From Candidatus Omnitrophota bacterium (GTDB lineage Bacteria > Omnitrophota > Gorgyraeia > Duberdicusellales > 4484-171), in NCBI GenBank assembly GCA_024231025.1, contig JAAEQW010000120.1, positions 2,324-66,323 of the forward strand: a stretch of DNA of 64,000 nt. Direction: 5' to 3'. This document shows, in pieces, positions 27,162-36,847 of the stretch. Made by a program: the position numbers and the translations under genes. The notes below the pieces were generated by a model. That model ran no database searches. It was given only the letters and a program-made list of their open reading frames with translations, and had not been told where the DNA came from. The stretch's first letter is position 1. Each line of letters opens with the position of its first letter.

Positions 27162-28988
27162 TTATACCCGATCCGAAGAACAATAGTGCGGGACCAATTC
27201 TTTAATTATTTTTACAGTTTTTTCTGCATCCATTTTACCGGCAAGCGATTCAAGCTCTTTTATCTTCATCTGTAGTTTTCTTGAATCAAAATCATTAGGT
27301 TGAGCAATATATATCTTATCGTGCTTGGTTGTTTTATCCTCTTCAGCATTGTGCAGCATCTCTTCATACAATTTTTCGCCCCGACGCAGCCCAATAAACT
27401 CTATCGCGATATCCTCATCCGGCCTTAAGCCCGATAACGTAATTAATTCCTTGGCTAGATCAACTATTTTTATTTGCTCGCCCATATCAAGAATAAAGAT
27501 TTCTCCCCCCTTGCCAATCGCACCAGCCTGAATTACAAGTTGTGCCGCCTCAGACACCGCCATAAAAAATCTTCTAACCTCAGGATCAGTTACGGTAACC
27601 GGTCCACCGCTTTCAATTTGTTTTTTGAATATTGGAACAACTGACCCGCTTGAACCAATAACATTACCAAATCTTACTGCCATGAACTTTGTTTTAGCAG
27701 TTTTTGCTTTAGCTTGAATTTGCATTTCGGCAATACGTTTGGATGCTCCCATAATATTTGTTGGATGCACCGCTTTGTCGCTAGAGATCATAACAAAGCT
27801 TTCTACCTTGTAGTGCTCAGCGGCATACATAAAATTTCTTGTTCCGATAATATTATTCTTTACCGCAGCAATCGGGTTGCTTTCCATAAGCGGTACATGT
27901 TTATGCGCAGCAGAATGAAAAACTATTTTTGGTTTATGTTTTGTGAATGTATGCTTTAGCAAGCCAATGTCTTTAACGTCACCAATTATGGCCTCTATTT
28001 TTAAATCAGGATATTTATTGCGCAGTTCCAGCTCTAAGAAGTAAGTATCGTTTTCATTATAATCATACATTATGAGTTTAGCCGGATTGAACTTGCCTAT
28101 TTGCTTACATAGCTCACTGCCGATAGTTCCACCAGCACCGGTAACTAAAACCACTTTATTCTTTATAAAAGATGTTACTCCTTCGGTTTCGATAGTTACT
28201 GTTTCGCGACCCAAAAGATCAGCCGGGCGAACATCTCTAATTTGCCGAACGGTTACTTCTCCGGTTAATATCTTATGCAATGCAGGAACTATCTTTATTG
28301 CAGTTTCTGTATTTGCGCACTTGGATATGATATCTCTTATTAACTTCCCTCGAGCTGAAGGAATCGCAATAATTATATCGGTCGCTTCATATTTTTTTAC
28401 AATCTCTTCAATATCGGCAATCACACCCAATACTTTTATTCCCTGGATACGCGAATATGTCTTACGCCGATCATCATCAACAAATCCAACCGGTTGATAA
28501 ATTGTGCTTTTAGCGTTAATTAGCTCTCGCACAACCATTTCCCCTGCTGAACCGGCACCCACAATGATTGCTCGGCGCATATTGCAATAACGAGATTGCT
28601 TTATGCTGATCAACACTCTTGGTAAAAACCGCGACGTTGCCATAAGAAAAAGGCAGATAAGGTAATCAATCAGCAACACTGACCGGGTCATCATTTTATG
28701 CTGCGTAAAAAATACTACAACCACCAACAATAAGCTTCCAAGCGTGGTGGCCTTTACAATATTGGTTGCTTCACTAATACTGGCGTACCTAAACGACCAG
28801 CGATACATCCCGCAACAATAAAACATTATAATTCTTATACCGCTTGCCCAAAGTAAAAAAGAAACATACGCCCCAACAAGCACTTCTAAATTCCAATCAA
28901 AGCGAATCATAAAGGCTAAGAATAGCGAGATACTAATCAAAATAATATCAACTATCATCATCACCAATTTTCTTGTAGCTAATAACAT
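27162..28988 (-). CDS. membrane-anchored UDP-sugar 4,6-dehydratase of the CapD/PglF/WbpM family (608 aa)
   Basis: Four N-terminal TM helices, then a Rossmann domain (IIVGAGSAGEMVVREL), then an SDR dehydratase domain (VLVTGAGGTIGSELCKQI ... MISSDKAVHPTNIMGASKRIAE). Confidence 0.85.
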   Translation of the reverse strand: MLLATRKLVMMIVDIILISISLFLAFMIRFDWNLEVLVGAYVSFLLWASGIRIIMFYCCGMYRWSFRYASISEATNIVKATTLGSLLLVVVVFFTQHKMMTRSVLLIDYLICLFLMATSRFLPRVLISIKQSRYCNMRRAIIVGAGSAGEMVVRELINAKSTIYQPVGFVDDDRRKTYSRIQGIKVLGVIADIEEIVKKYEATDIIIAIPSARGKLIRDIISKCANTETAIKIVPALHKILTGEVTVRQIRDVRPADLLGRETVTIETEGVTSFIKNKVVLVTGAGGTIGSELCKQIGKFNPAKLIMYDYNENDTYFLELELRNKYPDLKIEAIIGDVKDIGLLKHTFTKHKPKIVFHSAAHKHVPLMESNPIAAVKNNIIGTRNFMYAAEHYKVESFVMISSDKAVHPTNIMGASKRIAEMQIQAKAKTAKTKFMAVRFGNVIGSSGSVVPIFKKQIESGGPVTVTDPEVRRFFMAVSEAAQLVIQAGAIGKGGEIFILDMGEQIKIVDLAKELITLSGLRPDEDIAIEFIGLRRGEKLYEEMLHNAEEDKTTKHDKIYIAQPNDFDSRKLQMKIKELESLAGKMDAEKTVKIIKELVPHYCSSDRV

Positions 28989-30001
28989 TTTTTCTCTTTC
29001 TCTTTAAAGGTTACCCATAAACTCAATGCCGACAAAACCGCAATTGCACTAAACGAAACTATAATTTTTAATACTGTCGCGGAACGTAAATACACACAGG
29101 CCAAAACCATCAATAAAACAAACACCAAAGAAAGCGCTCCGGTAACTTGACCGTGGCTGTAGCCCAAACCAATTGCTCTTTGATAAAAATGGCTCTTATG
29201 CGCCTTATACCAAGATTCACCTTTAATCGCTCTTCTTATTAAGGTGATCACCGTATCAAAAACAAACACTCCCGAGACAATTACCGTTGGAACCAATAGC
29301 TGTTCATGGGTTATAGCCATAAAAGCTATATAAAATCCTAAAAAATAACTGCCGACATCGCCCATAAATATTTTAGCCGGAGGATAGTTTAAAATAAGAA
29401 ATCCCGCTGTCGGCGCACAGATTGCAATACCGATGGGAATTAGATTTACTTCTTTTGAAATAAAACCAAAAAATACAAAAAAACATCCAACAGCTATTGC
29501 CTGGATCGCAGTTAAGCCATCGATACCGTCCATAAAATTATAAAAATTAGTTAGGCTAACCACCCAAAGAACAATAAAAAACGGCAATAAAAAACTCAAA
29601 TTCACATTAAAACCTAGAATATCAATCGAAGGCAAAATGCCTAAAGCAAAAACTACCGCAGCAGCCACAACTATTTGTAAGATAATTCGAATTAACGCGG
29701 GAATATGCGTGCGATCGCTATACAAACCAATTACGCTAATTGCCACCGCTCCAAGTGTAATTGTTAAATATTTACCGTAAAGAAGAGGGAAATCAAAAAA
29801 ATGCATCCCAAAAACTACCGCCAACGCACCAACAACTATCCCTAAACCACCCCCCTTTGGCGTAGGTCTAAAATGGGAACTTCTTTCGTTGGGCATGTCA
29901 ATTAAACCAAACCTTTTTGATTTTCTTATCAACCATGATCCAACCAATAGGGATAATAACCCACCTAAAAAAACCACAAGTAGGATGCCCATATAACTCA
30001 C
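28979..30001 (-). CDS. polyprenyl-phosphate HexNAc-1-phosphate transferase (WecA/WbpL/MraY superfamily initiating transferase), 340 aa
   Basis: FYNFMDGIDGLTAIQA carries the DGIDGL motif diagnostic of the PNPT family. The protein has ~10 TM helices. Confidence 0.85.
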   Translation of the reverse strand: MSYMGILLVVFLGGLLSLLVGSWLIRKSKRFGLIDMPNERSSHFRPTPKGGGLGIVVGALAVVFGMHFFDFPLLYGKYLTITLGAVAISVIGLYSDRTHIPALIRIILQIVVAAAVVFALGILPSIDILGFNVNLSFLLPFFIVLWVVSLTNFYNFMDGIDGLTAIQAIAVGCFFVFFGFISKEVNLIPIGIAICAPTAGFLILNYPPAKIFMGDVGSYFLGFYIAFMAITHEQLLVPTVIVSGVFVFDTVITLIRRAIKGESWYKAHKSHFYQRAIGLGYSHGQVTGALSLVFVLLMVLACVYLRSATVLKIIVSFSAIAVLSALSLWVTFKEKEKKCY

Positions 30002-30026
30002 TATTATAGTGAAAAAACACTAAATA

Positions 30027-30719
30027 TCAAGTATTGTTGAGATATTTCTCAACAGTGTCTAGCCCTTCGGGGACTCCCATGTCAAAAAATCTTTGACTTG
30101 TGGGAAAGGAGGTAAACTGACAATTTTCAATAAGTTGAGGAAAAATTTCCTCTTCCAATGAGCACATCTTTTTCTTGGGTATTAGGTTGACTATACTTCT
30201 TTTAAAAACAGCTACTCCGGCATTTATATGCGTATTATTGCTGTCATTTTTACCACAACCGATCACTTGATTATTACGACAAGTAATGTTACTTGGTCCT
30301 ACCTTCTTTTTGTTGTCATAGGCAACGACCATTGCATCTTTTTTGCTTTTATGAAAACTCTCTACTAGCTTAAAGTAATCTACTATCGTAATAGTATCAC
30401 CGTTCAGTAAGATAAATTCATCATTTAGTTTACTCTTAGCGTTTCTTAATGCTCCTGCGGTTCCCAATTGATTTTTTTCATAACAATAACTTATTTTTAG
30501 CCCTAATTTCTTACCATCTCCAAAGTGCGATTCAATTTTATCCCCTAAATAACTCACCAGAAGTAAAATATCATTGATTTTTTGTCGTTGCAGAAGAATA
30601 AGAAGATGTTCCAGGAAAGGCTTCCCGCAAACCTTAATCATCGGTTTAGGGGTATTGTCAGTTACGGGATTAAGACGACTACCCCTGCCGCCAGCAAGAA
30701 TTACTGCCTGAATATTCAT
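30027..30719 (-). CDS. short sugar-1-phosphate nucleotidyltransferase (HddC/RmlA-short type), 230 aa
   Basis: N-terminal MNIQAVILAGGRGSRLNPVTDNTPKPMIKVCGKPFLEHLL is the NTP_transferase G-x-G-x-R-L signature. The size fits D-glycero-D-manno-heptose-1-P guanylyltransferase-like enzymes. Confidence 0.7.
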   Translation of the reverse strand: MNIQAVILAGGRGSRLNPVTDNTPKPMIKVCGKPFLEHLLILLQRQKINDILLLVSYLGDKIESHFGDGKKLGLKISYCYEKNQLGTAGALRNAKSKLNDEFILLNGDTITIVDYFKLVESFHKSKKDAMVVAYDNKKKVGPSNITCRNNQVIGCGKNDSNNTHINAGVAVFKRSIVNLIPKKKMCSLEEEIFPQLIENCQFTSFPTSQRFFDMGVPEGLDTVEKYLNNT

Positions 30720-30738
30720 AAAGGGGTCAAATCTGTAT

Positions 30739-31701
30739 TTACAACATAACAGTCTTCATCTCTAAATTATTAACAACACTATCGTATTCCTTATCGTCCT
30801 TTATCTTTCGGTAAGATCTACTAATTGTTTCTGTCGATACTTCCAACTCTTTTGCGATATCAACATTTTGAAAATTTAGTTTTTCTCTACAATAACGCAC
30901 GACAAAACTTCTTACCTTACAATATTCATTTTGCTTGCTGTTGTATTGTTCTAATGTCATTCCAAAACATCTCAAAAACATATTTAATACATCTACTATC
31001 AACTTGGCAGGTAAACCATCCTTTAGCTCCTGCGATGAGATCTCAGATAAATCCTTTCCGAAAATAATTTGCTTGACCCTCTCTTTAAACGTATCGCTAC
31101 CTAAAACAGACGGCCAATTCGACCCTTTTAAGCGTTTTTCAAAGTCCTCTGATGCATTTCCGTGCACACATAGATTATATTCTTTCATCGCTATTTTTTT
31201 ATACTTTCCGAAATAAGATAATGCTTCATCAACACAGAACCAATTAGGCTGTTTTTCTTTACTTCCATGGTAATACTTATGGCTACTCCACTCATATATG
31301 CCTAATTTTCGTTCTAATCCTGCTTTAATTGGGTTACAGTGAATATAGCAAATGCATTCCTTAAAATAATTATCTCCATCAATTAGAATTGACTTATACC
31401 TTCCTTTAAATAATGCACCTTCCAGTTTATGTTTTTTGTTTATTTTTTGGGTATATACACCATTGATATGACGCATAACTCTTGAAATATTTGCCTCAGG
31501 AGTACTTAAAAGCAAGTGATAATGATTTGGCATCAAGCAGTACGAATATATTTTTGCATGAAATAATTTAAAAGCTTCGGAAAGAACCGATAAGAACAAA
31601 TACCGATCACCGTCGTCGATGAAAATATTTTCACGACGGCGACCGCGATTCATTACGTGATAAATAGCATCTTTATATTCTACCCTTAACGGACGTGACA
31701 T
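30739..31701 (-). CDS. IS200-like Y1 (HUH) transposase domain fused to a DnaA C-terminal-like HTH domain (320 aa); likely a domesticated transposase-derived protein
   Basis: The N-terminal 150 aa read AIYHVMNRGRRRENIF...YCLMPNHYHLLLSTPE...YIHCNPIKAGL, which gives the HxH motif and catalytic Tyr region of the IS200/RAYT family. The C-terminal region reads ...NVDIAKELEVSTETISRSYRKIK (a DnaA_C-like helix-turn-helix). Only 19 and 30 nt separate it from neighbouring genes, and no flanking inverted repeats or REP elements were seen. Confidence 0.65.
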   Translation of the reverse strand: MSRPLRVEYKDAIYHVMNRGRRRENIFIDDGDRYLFLSVLSEAFKLFHAKIYSYCLMPNHYHLLLSTPEANISRVMRHINGVYTQKINKKHKLEGALFKGRYKSILIDGDNYFKECICYIHCNPIKAGLERKLGIYEWSSHKYYHGSKEKQPNWFCVDEALSYFGKYKKIAMKEYNLCVHGNASEDFEKRLKGSNWPSVLGSDTFKERVKQIIFGKDLSEISSQELKDGLPAKLIVDVLNMFLRCFGMTLEQYNSKQNEYCKVRSFVVRYCREKLNFQNVDIAKELEVSTETISRSYRKIKDDKEYDSVVNNLEMKTVML

Positions 31702-31731
31702 AAGGAATTATACCTTTGATATTATTCAATG

Positions 31732-32919
31732 TCAAGAATACAGACTTGACCCCTTTTTTTTAAAACGTCTTTCGGTCCTCTCCCAAATTCCTTTTTGCTT
31801 GCCTAGAATTACTTCAAAAAATCCAAACAAAAGAGCTAAATTGAGGTTACAGAAATAAAATGGTATGTACACCAAAAATGGCACTTTTTTGTATTTTGTT
31901 AAACATAATCCACATATAGCTGTAGCATAAAATATTATCTGCAAAAATAAAATATACCTATAAAAATTTTGACCGAGAAGAAAGACATTTATCACCAAAA
32001 GCAAAGCAAGAATAAATGGAGCCAACCACCTCAAGACGCGATGCGACCAGTAAATAAAAGCTCTTATCCCCAAAAGCGGGCTTAAAAGTTCTAATAAATA
32101 TCTAATTGCAATATAGTGACCTGCGCCATCACGAACATGACGCTTAAACTCTCCTTGTGTAGTCGGCGCAACATATTCATACGCAACAGCTTTTTCTTCA
32201 TAAAGACACTTGAATCCTCTCTTCACAATACCCATAGATGTCATGAAATCATCATTGATAGTTCCACAAGGTAAAGATTTAAATAAATTGCGACGGATAG
32301 CATAAATTGCCCCATTAGCCCCAGCAACATAACCTAACCTGCTTTCTAACATTTTTAATTGAGTTTCATAGCGCCAATAAAAGTTTTCCCCCTTACCGCT
32401 AATCACTTCATTCGGATTTCTATAGATAAGCCTTCCGCAAACACAACCAACTGTTTCATCGTTAAAATGCTTAATTAGTTCCTTAACAGACCGCTTATCG
32501 TATTCAGTGTTGGCATCTGAAAATATTACAATTTCTGCATCAATTTTCTCCATAACGCTATTGATTGTTTGTGCCTTACCCTGTCGAGCGCACTCTAGAA
32601 AATGCAGGCAATCAATATCACTCGCTAACCTACTTACTATACGATTTGTGCCATCATTGGATCCATCAGAAGCAACCCAAATGTTTAATTGTTCGCGCGG
32701 ATAGTCAAGCAACAAGGAATTTTCTATCTTCTCCGTGATCACCTCTTCTTCGTTGTGGGCAGCAATCACAATAGCAACACTAGGGAATTGGGAAATTGCG
32801 GCAGGCTTACTGTAAACTACAAACATTTTTACTAAAATTAACAACGAAAAGTAGTAGCCAAAATAGGTGTGCATTAACAATGCTATAAAGAACCAAAAAA
32901 CAACAACAAAAAAGTTCAT
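31732..32919 (-). CDS. membrane-embedded GT2 glycosyltransferase of synthase (processive-like) type, 395 aa
   Basis: N-terminal TM helices, a GT-A domain with a D...D...D pattern (IVIAAHNEEEVI, VASDGSNDGT, VIFSDANTEYD) and an HRVLRW motif at the QxxRW position. The C-terminal region has 3-4 TM helices. Confidence 0.7.
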   Translation of the reverse strand: MNFFVVVFWFFIALLMHTYFGYYFSLLILVKMFVVYSKPAAISQFPSVAIVIAAHNEEEVITEKIENSLLLDYPREQLNIWVASDGSNDGTNRIVSRLASDIDCLHFLECARQGKAQTINSVMEKIDAEIVIFSDANTEYDKRSVKELIKHFNDETVGCVCGRLIYRNPNEVISGKGENFYWRYETQLKMLESRLGYVAGANGAIYAIRRNLFKSLPCGTINDDFMTSMGIVKRGFKCLYEEKAVAYEYVAPTTQGEFKRHVRDGAGHYIAIRYLLELLSPLLGIRAFIYWSHRVLRWLAPFILALLLVINVFLLGQNFYRYILFLQIIFYATAICGLCLTKYKKVPFLVYIPFYFCNLNLALLFGFFEVILGKQKGIWERTERRFKKKGSSLYS

Positions 32920-32927
32920 GACTATTC

Positions 32928-34376
32928 CTATCTATTATTGCAAAAAAGATATTTAAAAAAAATTCGACCAGCTTTTATAGTTTTCCCTAATTCTTTGGGG
33001 GTTCGCAAGATACTAATAGTTTTATACGCTAAATATCGTGGGTTTAAATAATATTTTTTGCGAGCATAATCACAAAAATCTACTAAATCCTGAGCGCTCA
33101 AAGAAGCGGTATTTATGACGCAATTATGCATCCCGTCGACATCAAGCCAATCCCGAAAATCTTTGGCTATAATATGCTCGTTGTCTTTGGCCCATTGATA
33201 GGCCTCGGTGCCAGGGTAAACCATTAAGGGGAAAAACTGTGCCGTATCAGCGTTGATCTTTTTTGCGAATTTAAGAGATTTCATTAAGGTTTCTCTGGTT
33301 TCACCCATATTCCCGGCCATAAAGCAAGAATGCAGTAATATGCCAGCCTTTTTTGCATCCACAACAAAACGTTGCATCTGCTGCAGTGTAGTTCCTTTTT
33401 TAACATTTTTAAGTATATCATCATCGGCACTTTCAAATCCAACGACTATTAAGCGACAACCTGCCTTCTTCATCATAGCCATCGTTTCATATTTCAAATT
33501 TGTCCGACATTCAACTGTCCAAGGAAGCTTTATCCCCTTTTCAATCATCAACTCACAAAATCTCATTGTATGTTTCTGGTCAAAAGAAAAAGTATCATCA
33601 TCAACCAAAACTTCTTGCACTTGAGGCAGCTCTTTCTCTATGTACTCAAATTCAGCAACAATATTTTCTGGAGTTCTCTGCCGCTGCTTACGACCAAACA
33701 TTTTTTCAGGATAAACACAGTAGTTACACTGTCCATAACATCCTCTGCTAGAAAAAATTGAAACAACCGGATATCTACAATGAGCATAAAAATAATTCTC
33801 TATGTTAAGGTGTTTTTTATATACAGCAGAGACAAAAGGAATAGAATCTAAATCCTCAATAAACGGTCTGGCATGGTTATGGATAAACTTTTCACCATCT
33901 CTAAAAGTAGTTCCGGAAATATTTTTTATAGGCTTACCCAACTGCAAACTATCGGCGATCTCAAGCAAAGTCGCATCATATTCACCACAAATCACCCCAT
34001 CTACTCTTTTGTCTAAATTAAGCGATTCTTCAATAAGCGCAGATACATGGGGACCAGCGAGAACAACCACACAATTGTCAAACAAATCTTTAATCTCTCC
34101 AGCAATTTGGACATCATTGTATATACTCGGTGTTGAAGTATATAAAACAGCTATGTCTGGTTTAAAATCACAAGCTATATCATAGCAATCCTGTCTTGAT
34201 AAGCCATCGGCACAAGCATCGATAAGCTTAACGGCATGACCTGAATTTTCAAGTACACCAGCAGCATAAGCATGCCAAATAGGATAATATATCGTACCAC
34301 TTTTAGTTACTGCTGGGCTGCGAGAAAATCGAGAAAACTTTGGTAAAAATGGTGGATTTAGCAGTAATACTTTCAT
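32928..34376 (-). CDS. B12-binding domain radical SAM enzyme (class B rSAM), 482 aa
   Basis: An N-terminal cobalamin-binding Rossmann-like domain and a CxxxCxxC cluster motif (SSRGCYGQCNYC). Confidence 0.8.
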   Translation of the reverse strand: MKVLLLNPPFLPKFSRFSRSPAVTKSGTIYYPIWHAYAAGVLENSGHAVKLIDACADGLSRQDCYDIACDFKPDIAVLYTSTPSIYNDVQIAGEIKDLFDNCVVVLAGPHVSALIEESLNLDKRVDGVICGEYDATLLEIADSLQLGKPIKNISGTTFRDGEKFIHNHARPFIEDLDSIPFVSAVYKKHLNIENYFYAHCRYPVVSIFSSRGCYGQCNYCVYPEKMFGRKQRQRTPENIVAEFEYIEKELPQVQEVLVDDDTFSFDQKHTMRFCELMIEKGIKLPWTVECRTNLKYETMAMMKKAGCRLIVVGFESADDDILKNVKKGTTLQQMQRFVVDAKKAGILLHSCFMAGNMGETRETLMKSLKFAKKINADTAQFFPLMVYPGTEAYQWAKDNEHIIAKDFRDWLDVDGMHNCVINTASLSAQDLVDFCDYARKKYYLNPRYLAYKTISILRTPKELGKTIKAGRIFFKYLFCNNR

Positions 34377-35749
34377 AATTTTTTCCCTTTAAAAAATTTA
34401 TTGTAAATTTTTGTTAATATTTCACGCAATGGCCCCCGTTTTAAATTCTTATAGGCGTAGCCAACGGCTTTAACTAATAATTTATTCTTAAACCTGCTAC
34501 CAACGATCTCACAGAGCGCTTTATTGGCATAGTCATAATCCACCCCTTTTATCTTTGACTTCTTAGGATCCCTGCTTAACTTAGCATAATCGCGTTCAAC
34601 AATTAAATCATTTTCCCGACAATAATCAAAAAGATACGATCCTGGCATAGGTGAATAAAAACTACAGCTAGATATTGTTGCGCTTATTTTTTTCGCCATA
34701 TCAGCAGTTTCTCTTATTTCGTTATTGGTCTCTGTGGGTAGTCCAATCATGAAATTTCCCACGATCCCAATACCATGCCTGTGCAGAATCTCGGCCGATC
34801 TTAAGTTCTGCTCAACAGTAGTTCCTTTGCCAATGAAATCCAATACCCGCTGGCTGCCACTCTCGAACCCTATAATCACCGCTCGAAGCCCTAGCTTTTT
34901 TAATTCTGCCATTTCATTATCCAAAGAACATATGTTATTGGACCTGCCTTGAAGCATGACTTCAACCTTCTTGACTCTAGATAGTCTTTCTAACAACTCA
35001 AACAAAAAATCCTTATGTGCCAAAATGCAATCATCATAAAACATAATTGAGTTAAATTCAAAGTGATTAGCAATATTTTCAACTTCCCTTAAAACCTGCC
35101 CAACGTTTTTCTGACGATATTTCTTGCCATAAAGAATCTGCTCTGCAGGCTGACAAAATTTACAATTATAAACACAACCTCGACTGGTAATAATCGGAAC
35201 CATCGGTGGCTTTACGATGCCGCCATACAGCGAAAAAGAAGTTGAAAGCTTATAATCATAGAGACCAATATCCTCAAAAGGAATATCGTTAATATCAGGT
35301 ATCTGACCACGAACTAATTTCTGAAAACCATCAGGCTCACGAAGCAATTTAGGCAAGGTAATGTCTGCCTCACCAGTAAATACATAATCAAAATTATTAT
35401 TTTTTACAAAATCGTCGGGAGATAGGCTTGGGTGAATACCACCTATTATTACTTTAGCATCTGGCTTAATAGTTTTTATAATCTTTGCTGACTTTTCCAC
35501 AATCGGCACATCGATAGTGCGACAAGTTATGCCATACCATAAAGACGAATCTTTGCTTACTGCTTCGAAAAAGCTTTCATAAGAAGAAAGCTGTCGAAAG
35601 TCTATCAATGAGCAGTCAATCTTATCCTTTTTACATATGGCCGATATTTGGGATACACCATGATTGACCGCGCTTGACCAATATGAATTACCCCACTTGC
35701 CGATTCCATATTCCCCCAAAAATCCCGGATCAATAATAGTAAACTTCAT
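34373..35749 (-). CDS. second B12-binding domain radical SAM enzyme, 458 aa
   Basis: TSRGCVYNCKFC is a CxxxCxxC motif, and an N-terminal B12-binding-like domain is present. There is a 4-nt ATGA-type overlap with the upstream gene. Confidence 0.8.
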   Translation of the reverse strand: MKFTIIDPGFLGEYGIGKWGNSYWSSAVNHGVSQISAICKKDKIDCSLIDFRQLSSYESFFEAVSKDSSLWYGITCRTIDVPIVEKSAKIIKTIKPDAKVIIGGIHPSLSPDDFVKNNNFDYVFTGEADITLPKLLREPDGFQKLVRGQIPDINDIPFEDIGLYDYKLSTSFSLYGGIVKPPMVPIITSRGCVYNCKFCQPAEQILYGKKYRQKNVGQVLREVENIANHFEFNSIMFYDDCILAHKDFLFELLERLSRVKKVEVMLQGRSNNICSLDNEMAELKKLGLRAVIIGFESGSQRVLDFIGKGTTVEQNLRSAEILHRHGIGIVGNFMIGLPTETNNEIRETADMAKKISATISSCSFYSPMPGSYLFDYCRENDLIVERDYAKLSRDPKKSKIKGVDYDYANKALCEIVGSRFKNKLLVKAVGYAYKNLKRGPLREILTKIYNKFFKGKKL

Positions 35750-36846
35750 GAAACATCTCCAATCACAACATTCTTATTCGCTATAGTTTCATAGTAATTT
35801 AATGTATTATCTACCATAATAGTACTAGTAAAATTTTGTCGATAAAAATCGTATGCTTCCCCTATCACTTCTTTCGTCTTATCTTTATTAGAAAACACAT
35901 AGGATATCTCCTCACTCAAAGCCAGACTATCACCCACTGGAAATAAAAATCCAGTAACTCCATGCTTAACTAACTCCGGAATTCCTCCGGCAGTTGAAGC
36001 AATAACAATTTTTTTCGAAGCAAAAGCTTCAACAATCGTAATGCCAAAAGTTTCATTTACAGAAGGCACAACTACAATGTCCATGTTTTGCATTAATTGC
36101 AAAACATCGCCCCGAAACCCTAAAAACTCAACTTTCTCTGACAAACCACTCGCCTCAACTTGACCTAGAAGCTCTTCCCTTAAGGGGCCATCACCAATTA
36201 CAATACACCTATAGTCTATTTCCTTCAAACATTTTAAAGCCTCGACTAAATAACGCTGACCTTTCTCGGGCGACAAGCGACCTACGGTCCCAATAATAAA
36301 TTGCTTTCCACTTCTTTCTTGCCTGGGAATACCCACCACTTCTTTATCGTCGATACCCGAATATATCACTTTAACACGATTTGGCCTCATTTTAGCAACC
36401 TCAACAAAATGATCTTTGTTTTGACTAGAATTAACGATAATTCCGTCGCAAAATCGATGAAGCAGGTGATAAAAAAAAGGGTACACATACATCTGCCATC
36501 TCTTCATCTTTTCATGAATTATAGCATTTAGCAAAGTGCAACAAAGTGGGATCCGGTAAAAAATATTGACTAAAGCAAACAACAAGCTGCATCTTGTTAG
36601 GTAAGTATTTATTACATCTACCTTTTCTCTCTTTAGTATTCTAAAAATACTTTGGAGGCTCTTGAGCGAAGAATAATCTACTATATAACAATTAACTTTG
36701 CTAGCTTTTAGCAAATCGGCCAGCGATCCAGACGACACAACAGTTACAAGCTCATGCTCCCTAACTAACAACTCCTTAACGCAAGAAAAAAATACATTCT
36801 GAGCGCCTCCCATTGTGGCTGAATCTATCGCTAGTAATATTTTCAT
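35746..36846 (-). CDS. GT4-family (GT-B, retaining) glycosyltransferase, 366 aa
   Basis: C-terminal VVPSVNETFGITIVEAFASKKIVIASTAGGIPELV is an E-x7-E type GT1/GT4 motif. Confidence 0.8.
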   Translation of the reverse strand: MKILLAIDSATMGGAQNVFFSCVKELLVREHELVTVVSSGSLADLLKASKVNCYIVDYSSLKSLQSIFRILKREKVDVINTYLTRCSLLFALVNIFYRIPLCCTLLNAIIHEKMKRWQMYVYPFFYHLLHRFCDGIIVNSSQNKDHFVEVAKMRPNRVKVIYSGIDDKEVVGIPRQERSGKQFIIGTVGRLSPEKGQRYLVEALKCLKEIDYRCIVIGDGPLREELLGQVEASGLSEKVEFLGFRGDVLQLMQNMDIVVVPSVNETFGITIVEAFASKKIVIASTAGGIPELVKHGVTGFLFPVGDSLALSEEISYVFSNKDKTKEVIGEAYDFYRQNFTSTIMVDNTLNYYETIANKNVVIGDVS

Positions 36847-36847
36847 A

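Noticed and set aside
30825-31216. Plus-strand ORFs inside the IS200-like gene, and similar small plus-strand ORFs throughout 26-63 kb (for example 33253-34185, 45093-45329, 50209-50571, 58492-58881)
   Set aside because: All are embedded antisense in well-supported minus-strand biosynthetic genes and have no RBS.
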